Source: Candidatus Eiseniibacteriota bacterium
GTDB taxonomy: Bacteria > Eisenbacteria > RBG-16-71-46
Assembly: GCA_963744995.1 (NCBI GenBank)
Contig: CAVUWA010000002.1
Span: forward strand, 96,001-160,000
Direction of reading: 5' to 3'
Length of the DNA: 64,000 nt
Made by a program: the position numbers and the translations under genes. Below the pieces are notes generated by a model. It was not told where the DNA came from. It did not search any database and was given only the letters and a program-made list of their open reading frames with translations. Positions 10,360 to 19,836 of this stretch are shown in pieces; position 1 is the first letter of the stretch, and every line of letters starts with the position of its first letter.

Positions 10360-10570
10360 CGAATCCTCCTTCGTCACGCGCCCCCGGCGGTCCGCCGGGC
10401 GGCTCTGCATCGTCCACCCCGCCAAACGGGCGGGGCGGCGAATCCCTTCGCCGCCGCCGGCGCCCCGCCGCGGCCGGCGCGGCAGTTGACCTCGTCCTGA
10501 CGGCGGCCCCGCGCGCCGGAAAGGGCGCACCGGGTCGTTCGGCACAGGAACCGGGCCGAGGAGGACAGGA

Positions 10571-10879
10571 ATGAAAGGGACATGGAGGATCGCCGCGGCC
10601 GGCATCGTGCTCGTCGCCGCGGCGGGGTGCGGGGGCGGGAAGACCGCAAGTCGCTGGGCGTCCGTGCCGGTTCAGGTGAATGGTGCGCTCGACGAGTGGA
10701 AGGACGCCATGGTGTCCTGTGACGACGGCGCACTCAGCGTGGGTTTCCAGAACGACGCGAACGACCTCTACGTGGCGATCGCCGCCAGCGATCCGCGGCT
10801 CGCGATGCACGTGCCCGGACGCGGGCCGCTCACTCCAGCGGCTTCAGGTCCTTCAGCATCGTGGGCAGCAGCTCGCTGA
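10571..10879 (+). pseudogene. Apparently truncated lipoprotein (DOMON/CBM9-like N-terminus)
   Basis: Good RBS; lipobox AAGC; VNGALDEW...VGFQNDANDLYVAI. Coding character stops near 10825, and the tail overlaps the convergent reductase by 50 nt. Confidence 0.5.
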
Positions 10880-12206
10880 TCGTCGGGTGGATGTGCACCG
10901 CCCGCGAGATGGTCGTGTACGGCGCCTTCGCATACATCGCATCGAGCAGAGTGTGGATGATCTCGTCGCCGCCGTGCCCGAACACCACGGCGCCGATGAA
11001 CGTCTTCGTTTCGGCGTCGATCAGCACGCGCATGAAGCCGTGCGTCTCGCTCATTTCCCGCGCCCGGCTCACCTTCTCCATGGCGCGCTGCGCCACCAGC
11101 ACCTCGCGGCCGCTCGCCCGTGCCTCGGCGAGGGTCATCCCGGCGCGGCCGACCGGCGGGTCGGTGTACAGCGCGTAGCAGATGATGCGATCCGTGATCC
11201 GCCGCGGGTCGTCGTCGAACAGATTCGCCGCGACGATCTCGTAGTCGTTGTAGGACGTGTGCGTGAACGCGCCGCGCCCGTTGCACTCACCGATCGCCCA
11301 CACGCCGGGCACGTTCGTGCGGCACTGATCGTCCACGGTGATGAAACCGCGCTCGTTCGCCGCGATTCCGGCGTGTTCGAGCCCGAGATCGTCGGTGTTC
11401 GGCCGCCGGCCGACCGCGAGGAGCACGTGGCTGCCCTCGACCTCCGGCGCGCCGTTTGCGCAATCCATACCGACGTTCACCCCGCGCGCACCGCGCGCGA
11501 GCGAGATGCACGAAGCGTTCAGCCGGAACGAGATGCCCTCGCCCTCGAGCACGCGCTGGAGGCCGGCGGAGACGTCCTCGTCTTCACGGCCGATCAACCG
11601 TGGCGCCCGCTCGATCACCGTCACCTGGCTGCCGAGGCGCCGGTAGATCTGTGCGAACTCGAGCCCGATGTAGCTGCCGCCGACGATGATCAGGTGCTCC
11701 GGCACGGTGTCGACGTCCATGATGTTGGAGTTCGTGAGGTAGGGCACGTCGTGCACGCCGGGCATGTCGGGTACGAACGCGCGCGCGCCGACGTTGACGA
11801 AGATCTGCTCCGCCTCGAGGACGTCGTGGTCGACCCGCACGGTATGCGGACCCTCGAAGCGGCCGTGGCCCTCGTACACGCGGATGCCGTTCGTGCCCTT
11901 CAGCCACTTCTCGATGCCCTCGCGCGACTGACGCACGATCGCATCCTTGCGCGCCTTCACGCGCGTCATGTCGGTGCGCACGGCGCCGGCGCTGAAGCCG
12001 AATTCGGCGCCGCGCCGTGCGACGTGGATCGCGCGCGCGCTGGCGACCAGCGTCTTGGTCGGAATGCAGCCGTTGTTCACGCAGGTGCCGCCGAAGCGCA
12101 GGCGCTCGATCACAGCCGTGCGGCGGCCCTCGGCGGCGAGACGAGCGGCGAGCGGCGGTCCGGCCTGACCGGTGCCGATGACGATGGCGTCGTAACGGGT
12201 AGGCAT
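10830..12206 (-). CDS. FAD-containing pyridine nucleotide-disulfide oxidoreductase (MerA/RclA-like, not MerA proper)
   Basis: GTGQAG, GGTCVNNGCIPTK, GGSYIGLE, HIHPTISE; lacks the MerA C-terminal CC pair. Confidence 0.9.
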   Translation of the reverse strand: MPTRYDAIVIGTGQAGPPLAARLAAEGRRTAVIERLRFGGTCVNNGCIPTKTLVASARAIHVARRGAEFGFSAGAVRTDMTRVKARKDAIVRQSREGIEKWLKGTNGIRVYEGHGRFEGPHTVRVDHDVLEAEQIFVNVGARAFVPDMPGVHDVPYLTNSNIMDVDTVPEHLIIVGGSYIGLEFAQIYRRLGSQVTVIERAPRLIGREDEDVSAGLQRVLEGEGISFRLNASCISLARGARGVNVGMDCANGAPEVEGSHVLLAVGRRPNTDDLGLEHAGIAANERGFITVDDQCRTNVPGVWAIGECNGRGAFTHTSYNDYEIVAANLFDDDPRRITDRIICYALYTDPPVGRAGMTLAEARASGREVLVAQRAMEKVSRAREMSETHGFMRVLIDAETKTFIGAVVFGHGGDEIIHTLLDAMYAKAPYTTISRAVHIHPTISELLPTMLKDLKPLE

Positions 12207-12329
12207 GGGACCCCCGGAGTGAGCAGGACGGTGCGCCGCGGGCGCCGCGGGCGCGCAAGAGCAGTAGCACAGTCGCGGCGGAGCCGGAACTTCGGCGGGC
12301 CCCGCCATTCACCGGAAGCCGCAACACGA

Positions 12330-13523
12330 CTACGCGACCGGACCGCCCGCCTGAGCCCCGCCGGGACCGGGGAGGGTCACGCGTGGCGCCGGAGCGTTCA
12401 CCCGGACGATGCGCGGCAGCGCGCCGATGCCCCACAGGATCCACGCCGCCGACCACAGGGCGCCCGCGATTCCGTAGAGCAGGAACGCGTGGGCGCCGAA
12501 CCGCTCGGCCGCGAGTCGGACGAGGAACGCGCCGGCGACCCCCGCCGCTGCGAGCGGGCCGAACACGCGCGGCTCGGCGGCCAGGCCGTGGCGGCCGTGC
12601 GCGACGACGACGCGCGTGCCGATCGCGAACGTGAGCAGGCCGAAGCCGCCGATGAACACCACGTGCAGTCCGGCCATCGGCCGTCCGGGGAGCAGGACCA
12701 GCAGCCAGAGGCCCGCGAGCACGCACACGCCCGCGCCCCACATCGCGAACGCCGACAGGTCGCGCCGACCCGGACCCGAGGCGAGCTTCCAGACCAGCAG
12801 CAGGATCGACGAGCCGGCGAGCGCGCGCACGAGCGCCCCGGCTGCGGGGTGGCCCGCCGCCTCCAGCACGAAGGCCGCGATCAATGCGGCGATCACCACG
12901 CCGTAGAACACGAAGCGCGGGGGGCGTTCGTGCGGCGCGGCGATGAACGGAATCACCAGCGGATCGCGTACGCCGGAGAACGTCGGCACCAGCAGTCCGC
13001 CGACGCCGAGGACCAGCGACAGCACCATGCCGAGCGACAGGAGATGTTCGGCGAAACGCGGTGCCGGGACCGGTGCGCGCCCCATCGCCTGCAGTGCGAG
13101 CCACAGCGCGCCCGCGAGCCCGAACGCGAGGCCCAGCGCCACGAACGCGAACTCCACCGGTGGCGCCAGCGTCGCACGCGGCAGGCGTCTGAGCGCGGCG
13201 CCCGCGAGCACGGCCACCGACGCCGCGAAGGCCACGTGCGCCCACGCCGCGAGGCCCGCGACCGCGAGCACGCCGAACAGCGCCAGCGCGCCGAGCACGG
13301 CGGCGGTCTCGGCGGGACGCGCTTTCTCGGAGTGGGTGAGACCCGGGATCGCGGTGAGCAGGAAGCCGGCGACGAACGCCTGCTCGAACCCCTCGATCAT
13401 CAGCATCCGGTGCAGTTCGGCGGGGTACGGCAGCCAGCCCGCCGCGGCGGCGATCCACAGCGCCGCACCCGCGATCGCGTAGATCACGCCGAGCGGAAAG
13501 AACAGGCGGTAGGGTTCGATCAT
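12330..13523 (-). CDS. nnrS: NnrS family membrane protein (NO response)
   Basis: EPYRLFFPLG, H..LM..GF...F.AGFLLTA.P, LHVVFIGG, TRVVVAH; many TM helices. Confidence 0.8.
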   Translation of the reverse strand: MIEPYRLFFPLGVIYAIAGAALWIAAAAGWLPYPAELHRMLMIEGFEQAFVAGFLLTAIPGLTHSEKARPAETAAVLGALALFGVLAVAGLAAWAHVAFAASVAVLAGAALRRLPRATLAPPVEFAFVALGLAFGLAGALWLALQAMGRAPVPAPRFAEHLLSLGMVLSLVLGVGGLLVPTFSGVRDPLVIPFIAAPHERPPRFVFYGVVIAALIAAFVLEAAGHPAAGALVRALAGSSILLLVWKLASGPGRRDLSAFAMWGAGVCVLAGLWLLVLLPGRPMAGLHVVFIGGFGLLTFAIGTRVVVAHGRHGLAAEPRVFGPLAAAGVAGAFLVRLAAERFGAHAFLLYGIAGALWSAAWILWGIGALPRIVRVNAPAPRVTLPGPGGAQAGGPVA

Positions 13524-13659
13524 GGGGGCAGCGTAGCGCGTCCGGCGGTGCGATGGGGATGCCGTATCGCAGGTTGATCCCGGCCACGCGCGCGGGCTAC
13601 CATGGTGTTCGCGCGTGACCACACCCCCTTGCGGCCGCCCTCACTGATTTTCCGGGAGT

Positions 13660-15234
13660 TTGCGCTTGCGGCCACCGGTATTTCCCCTCCTGATCGTGCT
13701 CGTCGTGGGTCTCGAGTTTCCCTCGCAAGCCGTTGCCGCCGTTCAGCTTCCGGACGGATTCGTGGACGAGCCCGTGGTCACGGGCCTGAATCAGCCGATC
13801 GCGATGCAGCGGCTGCCGGACGGCCGGATCCTGGTTGCCGAGCAGCGTACCGGAGCGATCCGCGTGGTGTTTCCGGACTCGGGCACGGTGAGCCCGCCGC
13901 TCTTCGCGGTCCCGGACCTCAACATCTCGGGCGGCGAGCGCGGGCTGCTGGGCATGGCGATCGATCCCGGCTGGCCGATTCGCAAGTACGTCTACCTCAT
14001 GTACACGCGCACCGGCGACAGGATCCGGCTCGTGCGCTACAACGTGTGGGGCGACGTCGCGGATCCGGCGAGCGACCTGCTGCAGTTCGTGCAGCCGCTC
14101 TACCTGTTCGACGATCTGCCCGACAGCGCCTCGACGCACAACGCCGGGCGGCTGCGCTTCGGTCCCGACGGCTGCCTCTACGCGAGCCTCGGCGACGATC
14201 AGGACCCATGCGCAGCGGCCGACTCGACGATCATGCAGGGGCAGCTGCTGCGCCTCGAGATCCGGAACCTCCCCCCCGGTGGCGAGGGCCAGACGGTGCC
14301 GCCCGGCGACCTGGTCCCCGCGGGCAATCCGTTCCCGAACGACGGCCCGAACGCGGCGCTCACCTTCGCCTACGGCCTGCGCAATCCGTGGAGCTTCTGG
14401 ATCGACCCCGAGCTCGACATCGTGTATCTGGCCGACGTGGGCGAGGTGAACAACGAGGAGATCAACGAAGTGCGCGCGGGCGATTTCCTCGGCTGGCCGT
14501 GGCGTGAGGGCTTCCGCGTGATGGTGCGCCAGGAGTGCCCCGAGTCCGGGTTCGAGGGCGCCAACGACTACAAAGGGCCGATCATCGAGGTGCCGCACGC
14601 GCCCGCGCAGATGGCGATCGTCATGGGTCTGATGTATCGCAGCCAGATCGGCGGCACCGCCAACTGGCCGGCGGAGTATCAGGGACTCTACGGCAGTCTG
14701 TTCTACGCCGAGTACTACTCCGGCTGGCTGCGTCGCGCGCGCCGGCTGGCCGGCGTATGGAGCCCCGCCGCGCCCGTGGCGGGCCAGCCGAACGACACCG
14801 ACTGGGGCAGCGGCTTCGTCACCGCGGTCGACTTCATGCAGGATCACGACGGCAGCGTGCTGTGGCTCGCGCAGTTCGACGACACGTTCGCGCCCACGAC
14901 CGGGCACATCGACCGCATCCGCATCGTGCCCACCACCGGCATCGGCCCGGGTGCTGCGCGGCCGCGCGTGCTGGCGGCGGCGCCCAATCCGTTCCGCGGC
15001 GAAACGGATCTCTCGTTCACGCTCGGCGTCGAAGAGGACGTGCGGCTCGAGCTGTTCGACCTCTTCGGACGCCGCGTGCGCACGCTGCTCAGCGGCCGTG
15101 CCACGCCCGGCATGCACCGCCGTGCGTGGGACGGCCGCGATGAAGCGGGGCGCCGGGCACCGGCCGGCGTCTATCTCGCGCGACTCGCGCACGGTGGATC
15201 GGTCGAGACGTTGCGCGTGCTGCGGCTGCGCTAG
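13660..15234 (+). CDS. PQQ-dependent sugar dehydrogenase (GSDH family) with C-terminal FlgD-Ig-like domain
   Basis: GERGLLG.A.DP, HNAGRLRFGPDG.LY.SLGD, YGLRNPW, DVG..EEIN, GWP..EG; tail PNPF...WDGRDE.GR...GVY. Confidence 0.88.
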   Translation: MRLRPPVFPLLIVLVVGLEFPSQAVAAVQLPDGFVDEPVVTGLNQPIAMQRLPDGRILVAEQRTGAIRVVFPDSGTVSPPLFAVPDLNISGGERGLLGMAIDPGWPIRKYVYLMYTRTGDRIRLVRYNVWGDVADPASDLLQFVQPLYLFDDLPDSASTHNAGRLRFGPDGCLYASLGDDQDPCAAADSTIMQGQLLRLEIRNLPPGGEGQTVPPGDLVPAGNPFPNDGPNAALTFAYGLRNPWSFWIDPELDIVYLADVGEVNNEEINEVRAGDFLGWPWREGFRVMVRQECPESGFEGANDYKGPIIEVPHAPAQMAIVMGLMYRSQIGGTANWPAEYQGLYGSLFYAEYYSGWLRRARRLAGVWSPAAPVAGQPNDTDWGSGFVTAVDFMQDHDGSVLWLAQFDDTFAPTTGHIDRIRIVPTTGIGPGAARPRVLAAAPNPFRGETDLSFTLGVEEDVRLELFDLFGRRVRTLLSGRATPGMHRRAWDGRDEAGRRAPAGVYLARLAHGGSVETLRVLRLR

Positions 15235-15272
15235 CGGCGGCACGCCGCACGACGGCGCGTCGCGCCCGCCGC

Positions 15273-15301
15273 TTGCGCCGCCCGCAGCGAATCTCTAGAC
15301 T
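15273..15301 (+). promoter_or_regulatory. Putative sigma-70 promoter of ferredoxin
   Basis: TTGCGC-17 nt-TAGACT, 70 bp upstream of ATG. Confidence 0.5.
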
Positions 15302-15370
15302 TCGCCCCGTTTCCGCGCCCGTGCGCCCCTCGGGCGGCGCAGGCCCATCACGTATCCGGCTGGAGGAGCG

Positions 15371-15607
15371 ATGCCGTTCGTCATTGCTGAACCCTGTATC
15401 GGGGTGAAAGACAAGTCCTGCGTCGAAGTATGCCCGGTGAACTGCATCTACGAGGGCGAAGACCAGTACTACATTCATCCGGACGAATGCATCGACTGCC
15501 AGGCCTGCGAAGCCGCGTGCCCGGTGCAGGCGATTTTCCCGGACAACGGCGTGCCGGAGAAATGGGAGTCGTTCATCGAGAAGAACGTGAAGTTCTTCGA
15601 GAAGTAG
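15371..15607 (+). CDS. fdxA: Dicluster ferredoxin (7Fe type: [3Fe-4S]+[4Fe-4S])
   Basis: GGAGG RBS; C-x7-CxxxCP and CxxCxxCxxxCP motifs. Confidence 0.92.
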   Translation: MPFVIAEPCIGVKDKSCVEVCPVNCIYEGEDQYYIHPDECIDCQACEAACPVQAIFPDNGVPEKWESFIEKNVKFFEK

Positions 15608-15626
15608 CCCCGGCTCCGCTCGATTC

Positions 15627-15652
15627 AGGCAGCGCCCGTGCGCTGCCTTTTT
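15627..15652 (+). terminator. Intrinsic terminator after ferredoxin
   Basis: AGGCAGCGC-CCGT-GCGCTGCCT followed by TTTT. Confidence 0.75.
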
Positions 15653-15669
15653 CATTGGAGGTGCCCCGC

Positions 15670-16239
15670 GTGACCGCCGAAACGCTTCCCGACCGCGAGC
15701 AGGCGCTAGCCCTGCTCCACGAGTGGGTGCAGAACGAGAACCTGCGCAAGCACTGCTACGCCGTCGAAGCCGCGATGCGCGCGTACGCGCGCAGGGCCGG
15801 CGCGGACGAGGACCGCTGGGGCATCACCGGCCTGATCCACGACTTCGACTGGGAGCGCCATCCGGATCTCGAGCGCCACCCGGTGAAGGGTGTCGAGGTG
15901 CTGCGCTCGCTCGGCTGGCCCGATGACGTCTGCCGCGCCGTGCTCGGCCACGCGACCCATACCGGCGTCGCGCGCGACACGCCGATGGCGAAAACGCTGT
16001 TCGCCTGCGACGAGCTGTGCGGATTCCTCGTGGCCTGCGCCCTGGTGACCCCCGCGAAGCGGCTCGACGAGGTGAAGGTGTCGTCGGTGAGGAAGAAGAT
16101 GAAGCGCGCCGACTTCGCCCGGAACGTGAACCGCGACGACATTCTGAACGGCACCGCCGAACTCGGCGCCGATCTCGACGAGCACATCGCCTTCGTGCTC
16201 GAAGCCATGGTCGGCATTCGGGAGCAGCTGGGACTGTAG
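15670..16239 (+). CDS. HD-domain metal-dependent phosphohydrolase
   Basis: GGAGG + GTG; LRKHCYAVEAAM, LIHDFD, HP..G, GHA, ACDELCG, DFARNVNR. Confidence 0.9.
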   Translation: MTAETLPDREQALALLHEWVQNENLRKHCYAVEAAMRAYARRAGADEDRWGITGLIHDFDWERHPDLERHPVKGVEVLRSLGWPDDVCRAVLGHATHTGVARDTPMAKTLFACDELCGFLVACALVTPAKRLDEVKVSSVRKKMKRADFARNVNRDDILNGTAELGADLDEHIAFVLEAMVGIREQLGL

Positions 16240-16307
16240 CGCAGACGCGAGGCGCCCGTCCGCGACGCCCGGGCGCGCCTGGGCGCGCGCGGGCGGCCCG
16301 CAGCGGA

Positions 16308-19300
16308 TCACGCCAGCGCCTCCGCGCGCTCCACCGTCACCGACACCGCATCCAGCGTCTCCTCGACGCGTCCCTCCAGGCGCAGCACCTGGCCGCGCGT
16401 CGCGCCGTAGAGGCGCCGGCAGGCATCCGGAAACAGCGTGCATTCGATCACGCCGCTCTCGTCGGCCAGCGTCATGAACAGCATCGTGCCGCCGGACTTC
16501 GTCTCGACACGCCGCGAGGCACAGGGCAGGCCGACCACGCGCACGCGGCGGCCGGCATGCGCGACGACCTCGGCGGCGGGCACGACGCCGGCGCGCGCGC
16601 CGGGATCGATCAGCACGTCGAGCGGGTGCGCCGTGAACCACAGGCCGGTTGCGCGGCACTCGCCGATCACGCGGTCGCGCACATCGAACTCCGGAATCTC
16701 GGGCGTCGCCACGATCGCCACCGCGGGCGCCTCGAGCGTCGCGCCCCCGGGCCCGGCGAGCAGCGGCATGGCGCCGGATACGGCGCGCGCATGCGCCGCC
16801 GGCGGTGTCGCGCGTGCGGTGTCGCCAGCGGCCGCGCCGCGGGCGCTCACCCGGTCCCATGCGGTCGCGGCGACGACCCGTGCCGCCGCGTCGCGTCCCG
16901 CGGCCCGGCGCGCGCCGCCGTCGGTGCCGGCGTTCGCACGCGCCTCGAGCAGCAGCGAGGGTCGCGAGCGGCCGGTCCAGTCGAAAGCGCCCGAGAGGAT
17001 CAGCGCCTCGAGCTCGGGCAGTGCGGGCCGCACGCGCGCGACGCAGTCGGCGAGGCCCGCGAACGCGCGTCGCTCGCGCTCGGCGATCAGGCGCCGCGCC
17101 GTGGCCTCGTGCAGTCCGTACACGCGCGACAGCCCGACGCGCACCCGGCCATCGGGCTCGAGCGTGCTGTCCCACGCCGAGCGCAGCGCGCACGGCGCGA
17201 GGAAGACGACCCCGCGGCGGCGCAGGTCCTCGACGTGCACCCAGGTCGCGTACATGCCGGCGTGGTGGTTGAGGATGCCGACGGCGTACTCGGCAGGGAA
17301 GTGGGCCTTGAGATACGCGCTCTGGTAGCCGAGCGTGCCGTAGCCGGCCGCGTGCGCCTTGCAGAACCCGTACGCCGCGAAGCGCGTGAGGTCGCGCCAC
17401 ACGACCCGTGCGGTGGCGGCGTCCACGCCGGCGCGCTTCGCCTGCAGCACGAAGCCGCGTTCGAGCGAGCGGAACGCCTCGTCGCCGCGCGCCGCGCCGA
17501 GCGCACGGCGCAGGTCGTCACCCTCGGCGAGCGAGATGCCGGTCAAGGCCGCGGCCACGCGCATCACGTCCTCTTCATAGAGCATGACGCCGTGCGTGCC
17601 GGCGAGCACCGGCTCGATGCGCGGGTGGTGGAACCGGGGCCGCTCGAGTCCGCGCTGCCGGCGGCAGTAGGCCTCCTTCATGCCCGACTCGGCCGGTCCC
17701 GGGCGCACCAGCGCCACGGCGGCGATCGTCTCCTCGAGCGTGCCGCAGCGGAGCATGCGCAGCAGGTGCCGCATGGCGGGCGATTCGAGCTGGAAGCAGT
17801 TGAGTGTATCGCCGGCCGCGAGCCGCGCCGCCGTCACCGGGTCGGGGTCCGGAATCGCGTCCACGTCGATCGTCACGCCACGGTGCGTCTGCGCGAGCGA
17901 CACGCACTCGCCGATCGTGGACAGCGCGCGGTTGCCGAGCAGGTCCATCTTCACGAGCCCGATCGCCTCGATCGCGCGCATCTCGAACTGGGTGACGACC
18001 ACGTGCTTCGCCGCGCGCTGCAGCGGCACGTAGTACGTGATCGGCCGGTCGGCGATCACCACACCGCCGCAGTGGATCGACAGGTGGCGCGGTGCGCCGT
18101 CGAGCTTCTCGGCGAGCCGGAGCGCCTCGGCGAGCACCGGCTCTTCCCAGTCGACGCGCCTGCCGCCCGGCTCCCTGCGCAGCTGCGTGGCGTACGGCGC
18201 CTCGAGCGAGCGCGGTACGTGCTTCGCAAGCGCGTTCACGCGTGCGTTCGGCACGCCGAGCGCCTTCGCCGTCTCGCGGAACGCCGAGCGTGCGCCGAGC
18301 GTCGTGTGCGTCGAGATCATCGCCACGCGATCGTGACCGTACGTGTCGTAGACGTGTGCGATCACCTCGTCGCGGCGGCGCCAGCAGAGGTCGATGTCGA
18401 GGTCCGGGCAGTCGCGGCGCGACGGATTCAGGAAGCGCTCGAAGCACAGCTCGTAGCGCAGCGGGTCGGCGTTGGTGATGCCGAGCACGTACGACACGAT
18501 CGACGCCGCGCCCGAACCGCGCCCGACCGTCGGGATGCCGCGCGCGCGCGCGAAGCCGACGATCTCGGCGACCAGCAGGAAGTAGTCGGTGAAACCCATG
18601 CGCGCGATCATGTCTAGTTCCGTCGTGAGCCGCGCCCGCGCCGCGCGCGTGCGGCCGTTCGCGTAGCGGCGCGTGAGCCCCGCGTCACAGATCTCGCGCA
18701 GCCGCGCGTGGCCGTCGGCGCCGGGCGGCAACGGCGCGCGCGGGAAGATCGGCGTGCCGAGATCGAGCGTCATGCGGCAGCGCTCGACCAGCGCGCGATT
18801 GTTGGCGAGCGCCGCCGCCGCGGCCTCGGGCACGCCGGCCGCGCCGCACACGCGCGTGACGCGCCGTGCCCATTCCTCGGGCGCCGCGAGCCAGGCCTCG
18901 CGCGCGCAGAACGCCGCAGGCGGCATGCGGTCGATCAGTTCGCCCGCCGCCGCCGTCACCGCGGCGCGGTGCGCGTCGTGATCCGCGGGATCGAGCAGCA
19001 CGACGTCGCCGGTCGCCACCGGCGCCACGCCCAGCCGCCGCGCCGCAGTGAGCCGCTGCGCGAGTTGCGGCCGTTCCGCCGCGACGCCGCGCACGCCGAT
19101 CCACAGCCCCGCGTCGCGTGGCCGCCGCGCGCCCGACGCGTCCCACGGCGCCGCCGCCGGCACGCCCGCCTGGAGCAGCGCCGCCGCGAGCGCCGCCGAC
19201 TCGACGATCACGTGCAGCCCGGCGTGACGCTCGGCGATCGCGATCACCGGGTCGAAGCGCGCATCGAGGTGCCGCCGCGTGAGGATCTCGCTGAGGTGCG

Positions 19301-19562
19301 CGAACCCGCGCCGGTCCACCGGCAGCAGCAGCGCGCACGGCCGCTTGTCGTGCGCCGTCAGCGTCGCGCCCGGGAGCGGCGTGAGCCCCTCGCGCAGCGC
19401 CTCGCGATAGAACCGCACCACCAGATACAGATTGTCCCGGTCGGTGAGCGCCAGCGCCCCGTACCCGCGTTCGAGCGCCCGCCCGATCAACGCCTCCGGC
19501 GCCGCCGTCCCGTACAGCAGCGACCCGTGCGAGTGCACGCGCAGCGGCGTGAAGGCGTTCAT
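16308..19562 (-). CDS. dnaE2: Error-prone DNA polymerase III alpha subunit (DnaE2/ImuC type)
   Basis: Degenerate PHP (VHSHGS, LALTDRD), GRGSGA.S, catalytic PDLDID, SIHCGG, KMDLLG, FQLESPAM, YGFCKAHA; OB fold at the end; no tau-binding CTD. Confidence 0.9.
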   Translation of the reverse strand: MNAFTPLRVHSHGSLLYGTAAPEALIGRALERGYGALALTDRDNLYLVVRFYREALREGLTPLPGATLTAHDKRPCALLLPVDRRGFAHLSEILTRRHLDARFDPVIAIAERHAGLHVIVESAALAAALLQAGVPAAAPWDASGARRPRDAGLWIGVRGVAAERPQLAQRLTAARRLGVAPVATGDVVLLDPADHDAHRAAVTAAAGELIDRMPPAAFCAREAWLAAPEEWARRVTRVCGAAGVPEAAAAALANNRALVERCRMTLDLGTPIFPRAPLPPGADGHARLREICDAGLTRRYANGRTRAARARLTTELDMIARMGFTDYFLLVAEIVGFARARGIPTVGRGSGAASIVSYVLGITNADPLRYELCFERFLNPSRRDCPDLDIDLCWRRRDEVIAHVYDTYGHDRVAMISTHTTLGARSAFRETAKALGVPNARVNALAKHVPRSLEAPYATQLRREPGGRRVDWEEPVLAEALRLAEKLDGAPRHLSIHCGGVVIADRPITYYVPLQRAAKHVVVTQFEMRAIEAIGLVKMDLLGNRALSTIGECVSLAQTHRGVTIDVDAIPDPDPVTAARLAAGDTLNCFQLESPAMRHLLRMLRCGTLEETIAAVALVRPGPAESGMKEAYCRRQRGLERPRFHHPRIEPVLAGTHGVMLYEEDVMRVAAALTGISLAEGDDLRRALGAARGDEAFRSLERGFVLQAKRAGVDAATARVVWRDLTRFAAYGFCKAHAAGYGTLGYQSAYLKAHFPAEYAVGILNHHAGMYATWVHVEDLRRRGVVFLAPCALRSAWDSTLEPDGRVRVGLSRVYGLHEATARRLIAERERRAFAGLADCVARVRPALPELEALILSGAFDWTGRSRPSLLLEARANAGTDGGARRAAGRDAAARVVAATAWDRVSARGAAAGDTARATPPAAHARAVSGAMPLLAGPGGATLEAPAVAIVATPEIPEFDVRDRVIGECRATGLWFTAHPLDVLIDPGARAGVVPAAEVVAHAGRRVRVVGLPCASRRVETKSGGTMLFMTLADESGVIECTLFPDACRRLYGATRGQVLRLEGRVEETLDAVSVTVERAEALA

Positions 19563-19603
19563 GCGCACGGACGCCCGCAGCGATGCGAAGCGAGCACGAC
19601 GCA

Positions 19604-19753
19604 GGCGCGGGGCGAAGCCGGAAAGCCCTCGGGCGGACGCCCCGCAGGCGAGCAGGAGCCAGGGATGGCGGGCTCGCCGAGGGAGAAGAACGCGCCGGCA
19701 GGAGCCGGCGCGATTCTGGTCCGCCCGAGGGCTTTCCGGCTTCGCCCCGCGCC
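19604..19753. repeat. 150-bp element bounded by a perfect 35-bp inverted repeat (REP/MITE-like or structured RNA)
   Basis: GGCGCGGGGCGAAGCCGGAAAGCCCTCGGGCGGAC (19604-19638) and its exact reverse complement (19719-19753); internal hairpins at 19647-19678 and 19687-19717. Confidence 0.85.
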
Positions 19754-19836
19754 GTCACCCGGGCACCCGGCGCCGACTCTGTCTCGCGCCGCGCCGCGAA
19801 TCGTGCACGCGACGAGCGCCGCGCGCCGCGCCGCGA

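Noticed and set aside
10830..12206. Mercuric reductase merA call
   Set aside because: No C-terminal Cys-Cys pair, no NmerA domain and no mer operon genes.
10680..13577. Long Arg/Ala-rich ORFs antisense to or frame-shifted over real genes (e.g. 965 aa here, 3492-5972, 16017-18617, 48109-50877, 51070-54135)
   Set aside because: Shadow ORFs caused by stop-codon scarcity at high GC. They have no motifs and overlap well-supported genes.
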